NCBI GenBank assembly: GCA_000388065.2
Contig: KB932204.1
Reading direction: 5' to 3' (one strand)
DNA: 64,000 nt
DNA from: Fonticula alba ATCC 38817
Taxonomy: Eukaryota; Protista; Nucleariida
Notes under the pieces: model-generated
Told to the model about the DNA's origin: nothing
The model's database searches: none
The model's input: the letters and a program-made list of their open reading frames with translations, nothing else
Shown here: piece after piece, positions 49,350-61,258 of the stretch
How positions within the stretch are numbered: the first letter of the stretch is position 1
Layout of the letters: every line of letters starts with the position of its first letter
Program-made: the position numbers and the translations under genes

Positions 49350-52316
49350 TCATTCGCCCTGTTGAAACTTCTTGCGCGCTGGCACCTCGGGGATGGTGAC
49401 GTCCACGTGTTTCTGGAGCCCATGGGTTGGCTGCTGCCCCGGCTTGGCCGCCAGGCCGTCCTGCTCGCTGACGACCGAAAGGGCCGATTGCCCGCCCACG
49501 GTGGAGCCAAGTGAAGTGCCCTCGGTCGGCGGCGGAGGGGCCGCCACCGCCACGCTGCTGGCGGCAGATTGTGCAACCTCCGGGGCGGCGGCATTCTTTC
49601 TCCGAGCGGCCTCCTCAAACATGCGCTTGGTGCTGGTGATCTTGTCATTGATGAAGAAGCACATGAAGACGAAGAGATAGAGCATGTTGTCGAGCCGGGA
49701 ATCTGGCGCCTCTGGCCCGAGGTCCGGCGGGAGGGCACCCCCCGGAGGGGGTCCAAACCATTCCCGCGCGCCGTTTGCCTCGGCCGGGCCAACTAGCTCC
49801 GTGGCCAGAGAGGGGAGCATGCGGAAGCCGGCCAGCAGCCGGCAGGCGTAGTACACTGCCTCGACGGAGCTCACACAGTCCGGATCCGCTCGGGTGTTGC
49901 TGCGCCAGAAGAGCGATCGCTGGGGGTTGATCGGGGTTCGCCGAGTGCGGAAGCCCTCCGGCGGAGCAGTCATCCCGGCGCGCCATTCGTCGGCCGTCAG
50001 TGCAGCATCTGGGCTGCTCAGCCGAGGGATGTGCACATGGGGAAGCCCATGCAGGGAAGCCTCGTCACGCAGAATGGCCGCTGCCTGGCTCCAGGTCCCA
50101 TCGATGAGGATGAGATTACGAATGTGGCGTGGGGCATTGCCCGCCTTGGGGGCATGCACCGGGCTCGGAGGGTCGCCGAGGGCCGACTCGGCCGAGCACA
50201 AGGCAGATCCCCCGGGAATCGCCTTGCCAGAGGCACAGTCATGCTGCTCAGTGCCCAGCACATGCGGGTGCTGCACATGAACCTGACATTGCCCGGCAGT
50301 GGCCCAGTCAGCGGGGGCGGCAAACTCTCGCAGATCCACCGAGCTGGCATTCGGGAAGAGGATGGCCGTGTCGGTGGCCGAACAGCCCCACACATGACGG
50401 AACCAGAAGGACAAGGACCGCTCCACATCGGCAGGCTCCCCGGCCAGCAGGGCCGCCGGGTCATGCACTGGGAACAGGGCATCCGGCCAGCTGGCATCCG
50501 GGCAGCCAGGACCGGCGGCACATCCGGCCTCGAATGCTTGACCCTTGCACTCGGTGAATACCCTCGCCGCCGCGCGTGCCTTCCCCACATCCGCCTCACT
50601 GACCGGGTAGGTGACCACATCTACCTGGCTGGGGGCAATCATTTTCAGGTGCATGGCCGTGCTGCGTCCGGGGGTTTCGGAGCGATGGCGGATGACAAGC
50701 ACACGGACCGGCAACCGCGTGCGGGGGAACCAGTCCACCGTCGGCGCGGCCCCCGGTGACAGGGCCAACGGCACCGGTGCCAGACAGTGCACACAGTAGA
50801 ACCGGCCTCCTTTGCTGGCACACACGCCGCACGAGCGTGCCCGTTCGCCGGCAATCAACTGGTGCAGCCGGTCAAATGGAGACAGAGCCAGGGCTCGGAG
50901 GAACAGCTGTGCCGGGGCCAATTGGGAGGCAGTCCCATCTCCAGGGGGGGGTGATGCCCTCGGTGGCGGCGGGACTCCTGCCGGCGGCACCAGCGCCGAC
51001 ATCGGCTCCAGGCTGGCCGGCGGCGGCGGCGGCGGCGGCGTCGAACCGGTGCCCAAATCGCCGATCGCCTCGCCGGTGGACACCAGGTCAAAGCAGCCGG
51101 TCCGGGCGAAGCGCGCCCCGGGAGGCGGTGGACCGGCTGGCTGGCTCCGGGGCCCGGCATCGGCCGGCCGCATGCGCTCCTGTGCCTGGGAAATGCGCTC
51201 CGCTCGAGCGGCATCCAGCGAGTCGGGCGTTGTGGCGATCGTCCCACCGGACCAGGCCGACACCCAAGTGGCTGGAGAGGCATGCAGACAGACGGCCTGC
51301 TGGTCCTCGGCCGAAGAGAGGACAGCCGGCTGGCGAGCCGCCCAGCCCGGGGTAATCCCATCATTTCGGGGAAGCAATTGTGCCAGGCCACGCAAAGTGA
51401 CCCATGCCTCGGGCTGACGGCCAGGAGAGGCCTCGGTCAGCCCGAAGTCCCCAGCCGGCAGGAAGCCTGCCATGATGCTGACCCAACCGGCCGGGCAAAG
51501 TCGGCACATGGCAGCCGGGTCCCCGGCAGCAGGGGCATTCGATGCAGCGGACCCACTGGTCGACACGCCTCCCGCCAGACGGAGCTCATGCTGACATGGA
51601 CCAGAGCCAGGCTCGGCCGCGGTGCCCAGGCTCAGCCGACTGTCCGCTGGCAGGAGGTGTACTGGCGGCAGGGCCACCACCAGTGACCCGGTCGGGACGG
51701 TGTGGAAGGCATCAGCCATGCCTGGAGGAGCCCCATCACAGGCAGCAATCGAGGCATTGAAGGCCGGGATGGCGGCCGAATCGTCGGCTCCGATGGCCGA
51801 GAAAATGGCCTGGCCCAGGGTGAGTGGATGCCGGGTGGCTGCCTCGACATCCAAAGCCGGCACCTCCCCAGGCGCAGGGGGAGGCACACGCGCAGGGCGT
51901 GCTGGAGACCAATGTGGCAACAGGCTCGGTGGGTACCAGGACATGCTGATGCGGAAGGGGATGGCCAGAGCTCGGCGCAGGAGCCCAATTGGGAAGTCAT
52001 CGGTTGATGGTGGGGTCGGCACGAGCATCGGCCCGGGACGGATATTCGGCCGAGCCTGGCAGGCGATGCCCAAGTGCGCGGCGAGCTCCGGGCAAGAGGC
52101 TCGGAGTTGGTCTCGATCCAGGGTGAAGATGAGGATCAATGGGTCGGTGTTGGTGCCTCCGTTTACACTGGGATCGGCCCCCTGGGCTTGCACGCGCTCC
52201 TTTACCTGTGCGCTGCTCTGCAAGAGCAGTGTCGACACTGGGAGAATGGTCGATCGAAGGAGCGACGCCAGGTTGGCCTCTGGTTCTGGAGGAACCAATG
52301 GCGGTGGGCAGGCCAT
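49350..52316 (-). CDS. Intronless 988-aa fusion: RPP40-like N-terminal domain + Pro-rich linker + DTWD1-type tRNA-uridine aminocarboxypropyltransferase
   Basis: C-half: CGVC...RFYCVHC, RLPVRVLVIRHRSETPGRSTAMHLKMIAP, ILFP, LILIDGTWSQ, FWR, VSSVEAVYY, LDNMLYLF (DTWD1 motifs). N-half: LIFTLDRD, F.ISMSWY, LGQAIFS, IMAGFLP, AWVTLRGLAQ (RPP40 motifs in order). Confidence 0.8.
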   Translation of the reverse strand: MACPPPLVPPEPEANLASLLRSTILPVSTLLLQSSAQVKERVQAQGADPSVNGGTNTDPLILIFTLDRDQLRASCPELAAHLGIACQARPNIRPGPMLVPTPPSTDDFPIGLLRRALAIPFRISMSWYPPSLLPHWSPARPARVPPPAPGEVPALDVEAATRHPLTLGQAIFSAIGADDSAAIPAFNASIAACDGAPPGMADAFHTVPTGSLVVALPPVHLLPADSRLSLGTAAEPGSGPCQHELRLAGGVSTSGSAASNAPAAGDPAAMCRLCPAGWVSIMAGFLPAGDFGLTEASPGRQPEAWVTLRGLAQLLPRNDGITPGWAARQPAVLSSAEDQQAVCLHASPATWVSAWSGGTIATTPDSLDAARAERISQAQERMRPADAGPRSQPAGPPPPGARFARTGCFDLVSTGEAIGDLGTGSTPPPPPPPASLEPMSALVPPAGVPPPPRASPPPGDGTASQLAPAQLFLRALALSPFDRLHQLIAGERARSCGVCASKGGRFYCVHCLAPVPLALSPGAAPTVDWFPRTRLPVRVLVIRHRSETPGRSTAMHLKMIAPSQVDVVTYPVSEADVGKARAAARVFTECKGQAFEAGCAAGPGCPDASWPDALFPVHDPAALLAGEPADVERSLSFWFRHVWGCSATDTAILFPNASSVDLREFAAPADWATAGQCQVHVQHPHVLGTEQHDCASGKAIPGGSALCSAESALGDPPSPVHAPKAGNAPRHIRNLILIDGTWSQAAAILRDEASLHGLPHVHIPRLSSPDAALTADEWRAGMTAPPEGFRTRRTPINPQRSLFWRSNTRADPDCVSSVEAVYYACRLLAGFRMLPSLATELVGPAEANGAREWFGPPPGGALPPDLGPEAPDSRLDNMLYLFVFMCFFINDKITSTKRMFEEAARRKNAAAPEVAQSAASSVAVAAPPPPTEGTSLGSTVGGQSALSVVSEQDGLAAKPGQQPTHGLQKHVDVTIPEVPARKKFQQGE

Positions 52317-52807
52317 CTTTACTGAAGAAGTGTGTGCGTGGACAGGGAAAGAGGGAGAGAGAGAGAGAGAGGAGGGGGAGAGAGAGAGAAAGAAAGAAAG
52401 AAAGAAAGTGAGGGAGGAGGGGCAGAGGAGCGCAGGGCGCAGATGGTGGGCCACGAAGGAGCCGAACTGCCGGGGAGTCAATGGCTGAAGAGTCCTCCTG
52501 GTTCGCCGGCCGTGCTTGGGATCTTGTCGCGCGGGGCATGTGGTCTCATCGCGTCAAGATTGTTGCCAACGGACCGCTCGGCCCCGGCCCCGGCCCCGAA
52601 TCCGGTGAGATGAACGAACAAGAAGGGCCACCGCCGCTGAGACCGCCCCACAGCTCCAGTGCGACATACGACAACCTTTCAATTAGCGCGCACGCGTGCG
52701 TAGAACACACACGCACACACGCACACACACACACGCACACACGCACACGCCTTTCGCTTTTGCCCTGTGCTCGCCAAGGACGCGGAGGACACGACACAAC
52801 GCAGGGC

Positions 52808-53367
52808 ATGACACTGCCCCATCCTTCAGCCCTCACCGCCATCGGGATATGCCAAGATGAGCTTGCGAGGACACAGGTGGAACTGGAGCAGCTCCGGGCC
52901 CGGATCCGAGTGGCCAATCTGGTGCGTAGTCGAAGCCCTTCTCGCCGAAATGCATGTGCCATTGGCGACGCGGCTGGGGCAGACATGGAAGGCAAGTGGG
53001 AGGAGCGGCGGGGCTCGAGGGTTCATTTGATCCTAACGCTTTCCGTCAGATCCACCAAGTGGCCGCAACATTGGCGGTCAAGGACGATTGCACGGCCTGC
53101 ACCATCGGGGACCTGAGGCCCTGCTGCTGCTTCGAGAATATCCACCCGGCGGTGCCTTTCTTGCAGGAACTGATTCGCCTTCAGCAGGTCCTGGAGGCTG
53201 TTCCCCTGACAGAGCAAGATATCGGTCCGTGTTTCGAATCTCTATCTTGCCATTTCTTTCCCTCCGCCGCCGAGGGGCTCACATTCACCAACTCCCTCGC
53301 GTCCCTGCTTGCTTCTCCCATACACCCATCTGCTTCCCTGACATTCATCCACAAAAACACACACACA

Positions 53368-53431
<64 letters not shown>

Positions 53432-53504
53432 TACCCAATCGCGCACAGAATCGATCCGGAAACACATTGTCGCACAGACACCCCTCGAGCGTGAGACCGA
53501 ATAG
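52808..53504 (+). CDS. Small (~115 aa) coiled-coil hypothetical protein, 3 exons (52808-52921, 53050-53224, 53449-53504); upstream ATG at 52481 possible
   Basis: GTGCG and GTCCG donors with CAG acceptors join in phase: MTLPHPSALTAIGICQDELARTQVELEQLRARIRVANL|IHQV...PAVPFLQELIRLQQVLEAVPLTEQDI|ESIRKHIVAQTPLERETE*. Confidence 0.55.
53369..53430. repeat. (GCAC)n tetranucleotide repeat in an intron of the small coiled-coil gene
   Basis: Direct reading. Confidence 0.92.
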
Positions 53505-53735
53505 ATCAAGGGAATGCGCACTGGCTGTTTCTCCCCCGCCCGCCGCTGTCCGGTGGACGTTTCTCAGGCACTCCCACTATCTTCTTTCTGCTTCTGTGGT
53601 GCAGCGAAATACATCAGTGCGCGTCCGGTGCGACGCTGAGAGGCATGCACGATGCCAGAAACAGATCAAGGGCAGGTGTATTTGGGAACCGGGAGAAGAG
53701 GGGAGGAGGCAGCACAAGGACGGGGGCTCTCACAC

Positions 53736-56604
53736 TCAGGCTGTCGGATCGCCGAACTGGGCCCGAGCCTTCTCCTGCAGCTTGGTGAAGGCCTTGGAGG
53801 AAACATGGCAAACCTTGGGCCTACCGTGGATATGTTTGAAGAGAGTTTTCGGGAGCATGCGCGTTGGTGGCAGACGATTGAGAGTGGTGAGGACCACCTC
53901 AAAGGACGGGGCTTTGCAGAGGTCGGCTGCGGTTTGTTTGTTGTTTGTTTTTTTTTGAGGGGAGGGCGGAGAGAGGGCGACCATTCCGGATACACGCGCG
54001 CGTGTGGTTGGTGAACGAGGGGGGAAAGTCAGTCAAAAGAACAAAGCGTCAGCCATATAGGGTAATGAGCAACGCGGGGGGAGGGAGGGAGGGGGGGGGG
54101 AGAGATGGCTTCAGGATGACGTACACTCAAGCTCCACCAGGACGGCCATGGCCGCGGTAAGCAGTGCCCGCGAGCCATCCACATAGAGAATGTCCCAAAT
54201 CCGGAGAACACTTTGCCAAGGGAGACAGTTGAGGAAGACCGTCATCAGCCAGCGAGTGCTGAACATGAGCATGTCAACCTCGAAACGGTCCTGGGTGACG
54301 AAACCGGGGAAAGAAGAGACACGCAAATAAAGGATCAGTAGGTGGCCCCATGAGGGCATGATGATGATGGCGGTAGCCATAACCGGCCCGCTCGCCTGCG
54401 GGTATGGACGTACCAATACAGCGGACACCTTGGGCAGGCGCTCGGCAACGAGGAGCTTCAGCATGAATGCATGCTCGTGGACACCCCAAAGCTTGGAATC
54501 GAAGAAGCCAGGGAGGTAACTGCGGATTGTGGCCGCCAGCAGCCAGAAGGAGTCCTGTCGCGGGTTTTCAAGGGAGATTGAGAAGACAATGGAAGATGGA
54601 GGGAGAGGCAGGGAGAGGGAGGGAGAGGGAGGGAGAGGCAGGGAGAGGCAGGAAAAGGAGGAAAGGAGGAGAGGAGGAGAGGAGGAGAGGAGGAGAGAGA
54701 GCCAAGGAAGAAGGGGCGAAGCACGGTGGTGAGTGACTGGAATATCGCAAACAAGCGTGCACAGGGCAGAAGGGGGGACTGCTGCGAAATACGCACCTCG
54801 GGGCCCATCATCATCATCATCATACCAGCCACCAGGCCCATGCCCTGGCAATAACCGACGGTCGGATCGAAGTAGGCATAAGCGCGGAGAATCATGCGCA
54901 GATCGCGCTGGCCATCGCTGTCAAAGTGCCGGAACATGATGTGATTCGGGTAGGTCCGATCGAGATCACGCTCGATGACATCCAACGCGGCGGCCAGGTT
55001 GGCCGATTGCGGGGCCGCCGCCTGACCGGGGGCCGCCGCCACATCCGACTGGGACTTCGCACGGCTGAGAGACGCCGCCGCTGGGGACATGGGCGACCGG
55101 AAATCCTCCGGGATGAAGGACGTGAAAGCACGATTGTTGTAGGACGCCTTCAGCTCCGGGACCTTGGCCAGTGCGGCCCAGGCCAGCGCACGCACACCAT
55201 GCGGTATTCCCTTGTAGCAGCGCTCGCGCACCTGTGTGTGCGTGTGAAGGGAAATATGCCAAAACATCATCATGCCAATGACGCAAAGGCAGCCCAACAA
55301 ACAGTCAGCACAAGCAGGCGAAGGGCTGTCAACCCTGAGGCAAGATGGATGTGGGGGTGCATATATATATATATACACACACAAGCATATACATACCTTG
55401 TCCAGCTTGTCCGGGTAGAACTTATCCCACTGGCGGATCATGGTCAGCCACTTGGTTTCACGCTCGCGGTTCTTGAGGATGGCCTTGTGCGAAGTCTCCT
55501 CCTCATCCTCCACCGCATCAAGGATGTCCTCCCCGTCGACTTGGAAGCCAAAGCGGTTGGTGTTTTCGTAGTGCAAATCCGAGCGAGAGATGCCGTTCGG
55601 GTTCCGGGCACGTGCATCGCCACCAAGGGCTCCGGAGGCCGAGCTGACCGCCGCCGGTGGAGGGGTGGTCGGGCGGGAGTCGGCATTGGAGCTGCCGGAG
55701 CCAGCCGGCTGTTCGGCCGAGTCCTCCGCCAGCACCTCAGTCGGGTCGTCGGGCGGCGAATCCCCTGACGCCGGCGCCAGCACCGGGTCCGATTCCGGCA
55801 GCGGCTCCGCGGCCAAAGACCCGGTGTCAACATTGACCGGGGCAGCTCCCAGCTGGGGAGGCACCTCCAACAGTGGGCTCAGCTGCTCGGGTTCCGGGGT
55901 GGAGGCCCCCTCATCGGGGGAGCCGGGCTCCTCGGCCAGAGAGAGAGTGGCATCAGGGTCCATGCCATTGGCATCAGACCCATCCGGCGCCGAGGGTAGA
56001 GTGATGGCGGACGGGGTGACCGGCAGGGGCCGAGGCTTGGCCGAGGCCGGCGGGGGGACCGGCGAGATAGTCGATGGCTCGGTCCCGGAGCAGAGGGACG
56101 ATGAGGACTCCGACGAGGAGGACGGCGTCGGGGGGCGGGAGTTGTCCGAGGAAGAAGCCTCAGCGCTGACGGATACCACCGCTTCATCACCCGGGGAGAG
56201 GGGACTGCCAGGGGGGGAAGTGGCCGATCGACGGCCATCAACAATAACCACGAAGATATTGTTTGTATGGCTGCTGGTGTTGCTGTCGTTGTTGCTGTCG
56301 TTGTTGCTGCCGTTGTTGCTGCCGTTGTTGCTGTCGTTGTTGCTGGCGTTGTTGCTGTCGTTGTTGCTGTCGTTGTTGCTTTGAGGAGGGGAGACATCGG
56401 CCGGAGCAGGCTCCGCCACTGCCGCTGAGATGACAGCTTCCGGCTCCTCCGAGTCCGACTCGGTGGAAGGAAGTTCCAGAGGGGAGTGCTCAGACTCGGC
56501 CAGGAGCTCGGGCATGGACCCGGCCTCGGACGCAGCTGCCTCGGGCTCGGGCATGAGCTCTGGCATGGACTCGGACTCGATCTCCGAGTCACCTGCGGCG
56601 GCAA

Positions 56605-56642
<38 letters not shown>

Positions 56643-57277
56643 AGCTCGGGCTGGGTAGAATCCTCAACCTCGGCAACAACAGCCGAGTCAGTCACGATGT
56701 GGATCTTTTCCTGAGAAATCTCGGCCACGATGACATCCCCAGCCTCAGGCACATCACCGGCCTCACCCTTGGTTACAGCTTCAGTCTCCGAGGGGGCCTT
56801 GGTAGCAGCCTCGACCTCGGCCGACTCAACGTGCATCGGAGTCGAATCCTCCGCAGGGGCCTCGGCGTCGGTACTCTCGGCGGCAGGCAGGACGGGATCC
56901 TCCTCGCCCACCAGGAGAGCAGGGGGGGACCCATCGAAGTCGGAGCCCACCGACTCGGTCTCGGCAGCGGCCAAAACCGAGAAGGAGGCCAGGTCGCCGG
57001 CGTCATCAGCCTCGACCGCTGCCGAGGGCTGAGACTCCTCGGCGACCGAGGGGGAGAAGTCCACCGGCGAGGGGGGCGAGCTGGAGACCATCAGCGGAGG
57101 CATGGAGTCCGGCGAACCAATCGACGAAAGGCTAGTGCCGCTGCCGCTGGCGGGGTCGGCCGGGCTCGGGGACATGTCGGTGGGCTTGGTGGGCGAGTTC
57201 TTGGCCGGGAGTGACTGAGCGGGGTGCTCCTCGGAAGCGGGACCTTCGCAGACGCCTGCCACATCGGTGGAGGACAT
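53736..57277 (-). CDS. TBC-domain Rab GTPase-activating protein (TBC1D10-like) with a long acidic N-terminal extension
   Basis: NRFGF, RETKWLTM, CYKGIPHGVRALAW, IERDLDRTYPNH (Arg finger), RAYAYFDPTVGYCQGM (Gln finger), DSFWLL, RWLMTVF...VLRIWDILYVDG. Last exon ADLCKAPSFEVVL...FGDPTA*. Confidence 0.92.
56275..56380 (-). repeat. Coding 12-bp repeat encoding (NNDS/NNGS/NNAS)n in the TBC gene
   Basis: gctgtcgttgtt units; translation QSNNDSNNDSNNASNNDSNNGSNNGSNNDSNNDSN. An (EP)n run lies at ~56608-56651. Confidence 0.92.
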
Positions 57278-57816
57278 GGTGGGTGGCAGGGCAACGGGAA
57301 AGGGGAGGCCAAGAAGACCGAGGAGGGGAGAAGGGGCACGAAGGGCGAGACAGGCTGGTGAGACAGGAGAGGGAGGGGGGGGGGGAGGAAGAAAGGGTGA
57401 GGAGACGCCAAAAGAGGAAGGGATCACATTGTGCATTTGTGGGGCGGTCAAAGGAAAAGGGCGATGGCGAGCATGCAAGGAGCAGGGGCAGAGACAGGGG
57501 AAGGGGGAAGAGGAGCAGGATGACGGACAGGCAGGGACGCGGCCCAGGAAGAGGGAGAGGGGAACGCCGAGCGGGCAGGCAAAGGGACGGAAATGATCCA
57601 GGGAGAGAGAGAGGGGGGGGATAGAGGGGGGGGGGGGGGGAGAGGGGTATTGTCGTCGGGGCGCAGGATGTGGGAGCTACTACTGGCTCTTCACTTGGTG
57701 GCCTCTCGCGGATTGAGCCTGGGGCGACGGGGGAGGTGCATGGGCTGTTCGGAAGACGCGATCGGGACAACTCAACAGGGGTAATGCTGCAAAAACCCGC
57801 AGGGGGGGGGGGCAAT

Positions 57817-57866
<50 letters not shown>

Positions 57867-60800
57867 AAGAGGGCCTTGCCCAGAGCGGCCGCAGGCTGGC
57901 CCGAACAAAAAACACCAACAGCCGAACCTCCCGACGCTGGCTCGTGCCCAGGGAGCTTGTGCGCCTCCGCCTCCGCCTCCGCGGGGAGCATGCGCTGGCG
58001 ACTCTCCGCGCGCCTGGCGCAGTCAGCTGTTTGGGCACAGATGCACGCCGGGTCGGATCGCAGGGGGGGGGGGGGGGGGGGCCTGGCGCCGCGCGCGGGG
58101 ACAAAAAACAACGGACATGAACACCCACATTCCCACCGGAGAAAGGGGCCTGAAGAATGCTCTTGGCCCCGGGCCCGGTAACAGGGAAAAACGCTCGGCA
58201 GCTTACGCCCGGGTGTGAGAGTGCGCCCCCCCCCCCCCTCGCCCCCCAGGGGTCGCGAAGGTGCCCACGACGCCAGACGGGCCAGAGCGGGGCGGTGAAA
58301 AGACCCAACCCCAAAGGGGGCGGACGTGGGATGTGGGCGGGGGGCGCCGGGTAGGCTCGCCGGGCGTGCGGAACCCAAGACCCAATCCCCGCCGAGGCTG
58401 GCCGAGGCCAAAAGTCGCGAGGTTTTCAACCGCGGCTGGGAAGACATCCAAATGAACATTGGCACCCTCCTAGGCGGGCGCCGAAAGGCCCTCAGACCGG
58501 CGAGAATTAAGGGTGACCGCGGGAGGCCGCGGGGGCGCGGGGGGCAACGCTCTCTCGTTCCCTGTGGGCTGGCTCCAGCGCACCGGCATCCCGGGGTAGC
58601 ACGCCCCCTCCCGCGGGTAAGGCTTCGTGCCAAGAAGGCGACTGGGAACACGGCGGTGCCAGGGGGGGGGGGGAGGCTGCGCCCTGGTAGCTTGCCCCAG
58701 GACGCTTGAACCCCGCCGAATGGCAGAGAGCGCGCCCCGGGCCCATGTCCAACTCCCCCACACTGACGGTGGGGCGCGCTGGGGGGGGGAGGGGCAGGGA
58801 CCACCCGGGGGGGGGGGACACCCTGCCTTGTCGCGCAAATGTGATGCGATCACCCGCCAGCCAGTCTTGATTGGGAGCCAGGTCGCGGCCTGGACGCCAC
58901 ACTCGTGGGGCACGCCCTCCATCACTGCGCTGGTAGGGGCACGCGTCCTCCTGTGCGCGGCCGTGGTCGCGGTGAGCGGCGAGAAAACACGACGTGGCCA
59001 AACAACAGGACCGCGCGGGCCCCCCTGCCGCCCGGCACAGTTGAGCCAGACCTGAAAAAGGAAATGAGCCTGCCAGCTGCACCATCCGACCCTTTACAGG
59101 CGGGAATGGACTGGCGCGGGGGTCTTTCCACAACATGGGGAGGAGGGGGGCCGGCCGCCTCTTCCACCGGGTTCGTGATAACCGCAGAGGTATGCCTCCC
59201 CCAGAGAAGTATCAGCTTTCCGCGGGGCGGGGCGAGGGAGATGTGCTGGCCACCCTCCATGTCGCCCGATTGTCTTCTCTCTCTCTCCCCATGGGCCTTG
59301 TCTCTTTTTCTTGGCTGCGGGCTGGGCTGCCAGGCGTCTGCGCACGGACCCAGCGACGCGACTGAAGAGATTCCATTTTGGGGGGCCAGACTCTCTCACG
59401 GGCCGGTGTTTCCGACGCCGTGCGCCCGCCCCCTTGCCCGTTGCGCCCTCCTCCTGCCCGGCGGCCGGTCACCCCGCCCCCCCCCCCGCCCCCCCACACC
59501 CCCTCGCGGAAGAAGGGAGATAATACCCGTGATGCACTCATCGAAAGGGAGATACCCCAGGCGCATGGGAGGAGCACAGCCGGGCCTTGGAGAGCGCAAT
59601 CTTCGCGCCCTTATGGTGTGCGAGTGCCCACTCTCCGAGCCGATGCTGGCAAGCGACTGCCCAACGACCCGCCTCGAGTGTGGACCGGGGTGCACGCCGG
59701 GCAGGAGGAGCCCAAGAATTGCCCGCCCATGTTCAGAGGCCGCGGGACCCCCCTCGGCCAAGGCCCAGGGCCGCACCGCCGCGGGGGGGGCGGGGGGGGG
59801 CGGCCTGGCGGAGCACACTTGTTCACGGACGTGCCGCCACAATGGCCGGTCCGGGCGCTCCGGAGTTCGGCCGAAAAACTCCCCCACCGGGAGCAAAGAA
59901 TGCATCCCTCGAGATGATGCACGGGCGAGCGTCAGAGTGCGTCTGCTGGCGGCCCTTCGCTATGGCCCCTGACTGGGAGATGAGGGGGCGAGGCCAGGCG
60001 GACGGGGGACACAGAAGCAGGTGGGCCAAGAACCGGATCATTTTTCTACATGCGCGTGGCATAATGACCTGGGGCCTAAGTGGGAGCCTGCATCGTTTCG
60101 GCCCAGGAGGAATACCGCCCGCGGCTCGGGGGGGGGGGGTGGTCGTCGGGCCCGCCGGACGCACGCGCGCGGGCAAGAATCCCGCCCGGCCCTGGTCGAG
60201 GCAGGTCATGTGCGCTGGGTCATGTGCTCCGGCTGGCTTCTGGTGCCCGATCGTTCGCCGGTGGATCGGCCTGCCAAGGCGTCTCCAGCACGAGGAGGAT
60301 GAGATCTCATTCCCTCGGGACTTTTGAAGGTCTTGACAGTCGTCGGCCTCCAGGGCACTGAACGAGGCCGGGCCTCCGGGGGATGCCGGGGGGATAGTGA
60401 CTGCAATATTGGTGGTGCCTTTGTATTTATGTGAGTGCGTGCAACTGCGAGCAGGCGCGGGTACCTGAAAGCACATTTGGACGCGTGCGCGCCCATCCGA
60501 AAAGCCACGCCCCCCTGGTTTATCCGGACACAGCTCACCACCGATGAGCAAGCCAATTGGCAGAACACCCTAAACTCTAGCGCATCCCGCCCGGACGAGA
60601 TTCTGAATTCCGGGGAAGCTCCCGTGCCCTTTCTTTTCCACAGTCTCAGTTTCCTCCCCCAGCATATATGTGTTTGAGGGCGGGGGCGGGGGCGGGGGGG
60701 GTGGCTTTAGCCTTTTCAGGCAATGTCCTCACGGGCATTCTCTCCCCTCTTGACTTGGCCCCGCTGCCGCCCGGCGGCCGATGGAATGGCTGCCGGCAGG

Positions 60801-61258
60801 GCGCACCCCGCCATACGCCGTTGTTTCCGGCTGGCCGGATCCTGTCCAACTTTCGGCCCCGGAAAAAACTCGCAGACACCCCTTGCCCGCGCCTCTTGCC
60901 ACGGGCCCCCNNNNNNNNNNNNNNNNNNNNNNNNNNNNNNNNNNNNNNNNNNNNNNNNNNNNNNNNNNNNNNNNNNNNNNNNNNNNNNNNNNNNNNNNNN
61001 NNNNNNNNNNNNNNNNNNNNNNNNNNNNNNNNNNNNNNNNNNNNNNNNNNNNNNNNNNNNNNNNNNNNNNNNNNNNNNNNNNNNNNNNNNNNNNNNNNNN
61101 NNNNNNNNNNNNNNNNNNNNNNNNNNNNNNNNNNNNNNNNNNNNNNNNNNNNNNNNNNNNNNNNNNNNNNNNNNNNNNNNNNNNNNNNNNNNNNNNNNNN
61201 NNNNNNNNNNNNNNNNNNNNNNGAAAGGGAGAGGCGCGAAACCGTCCCCGCAGCGCGA

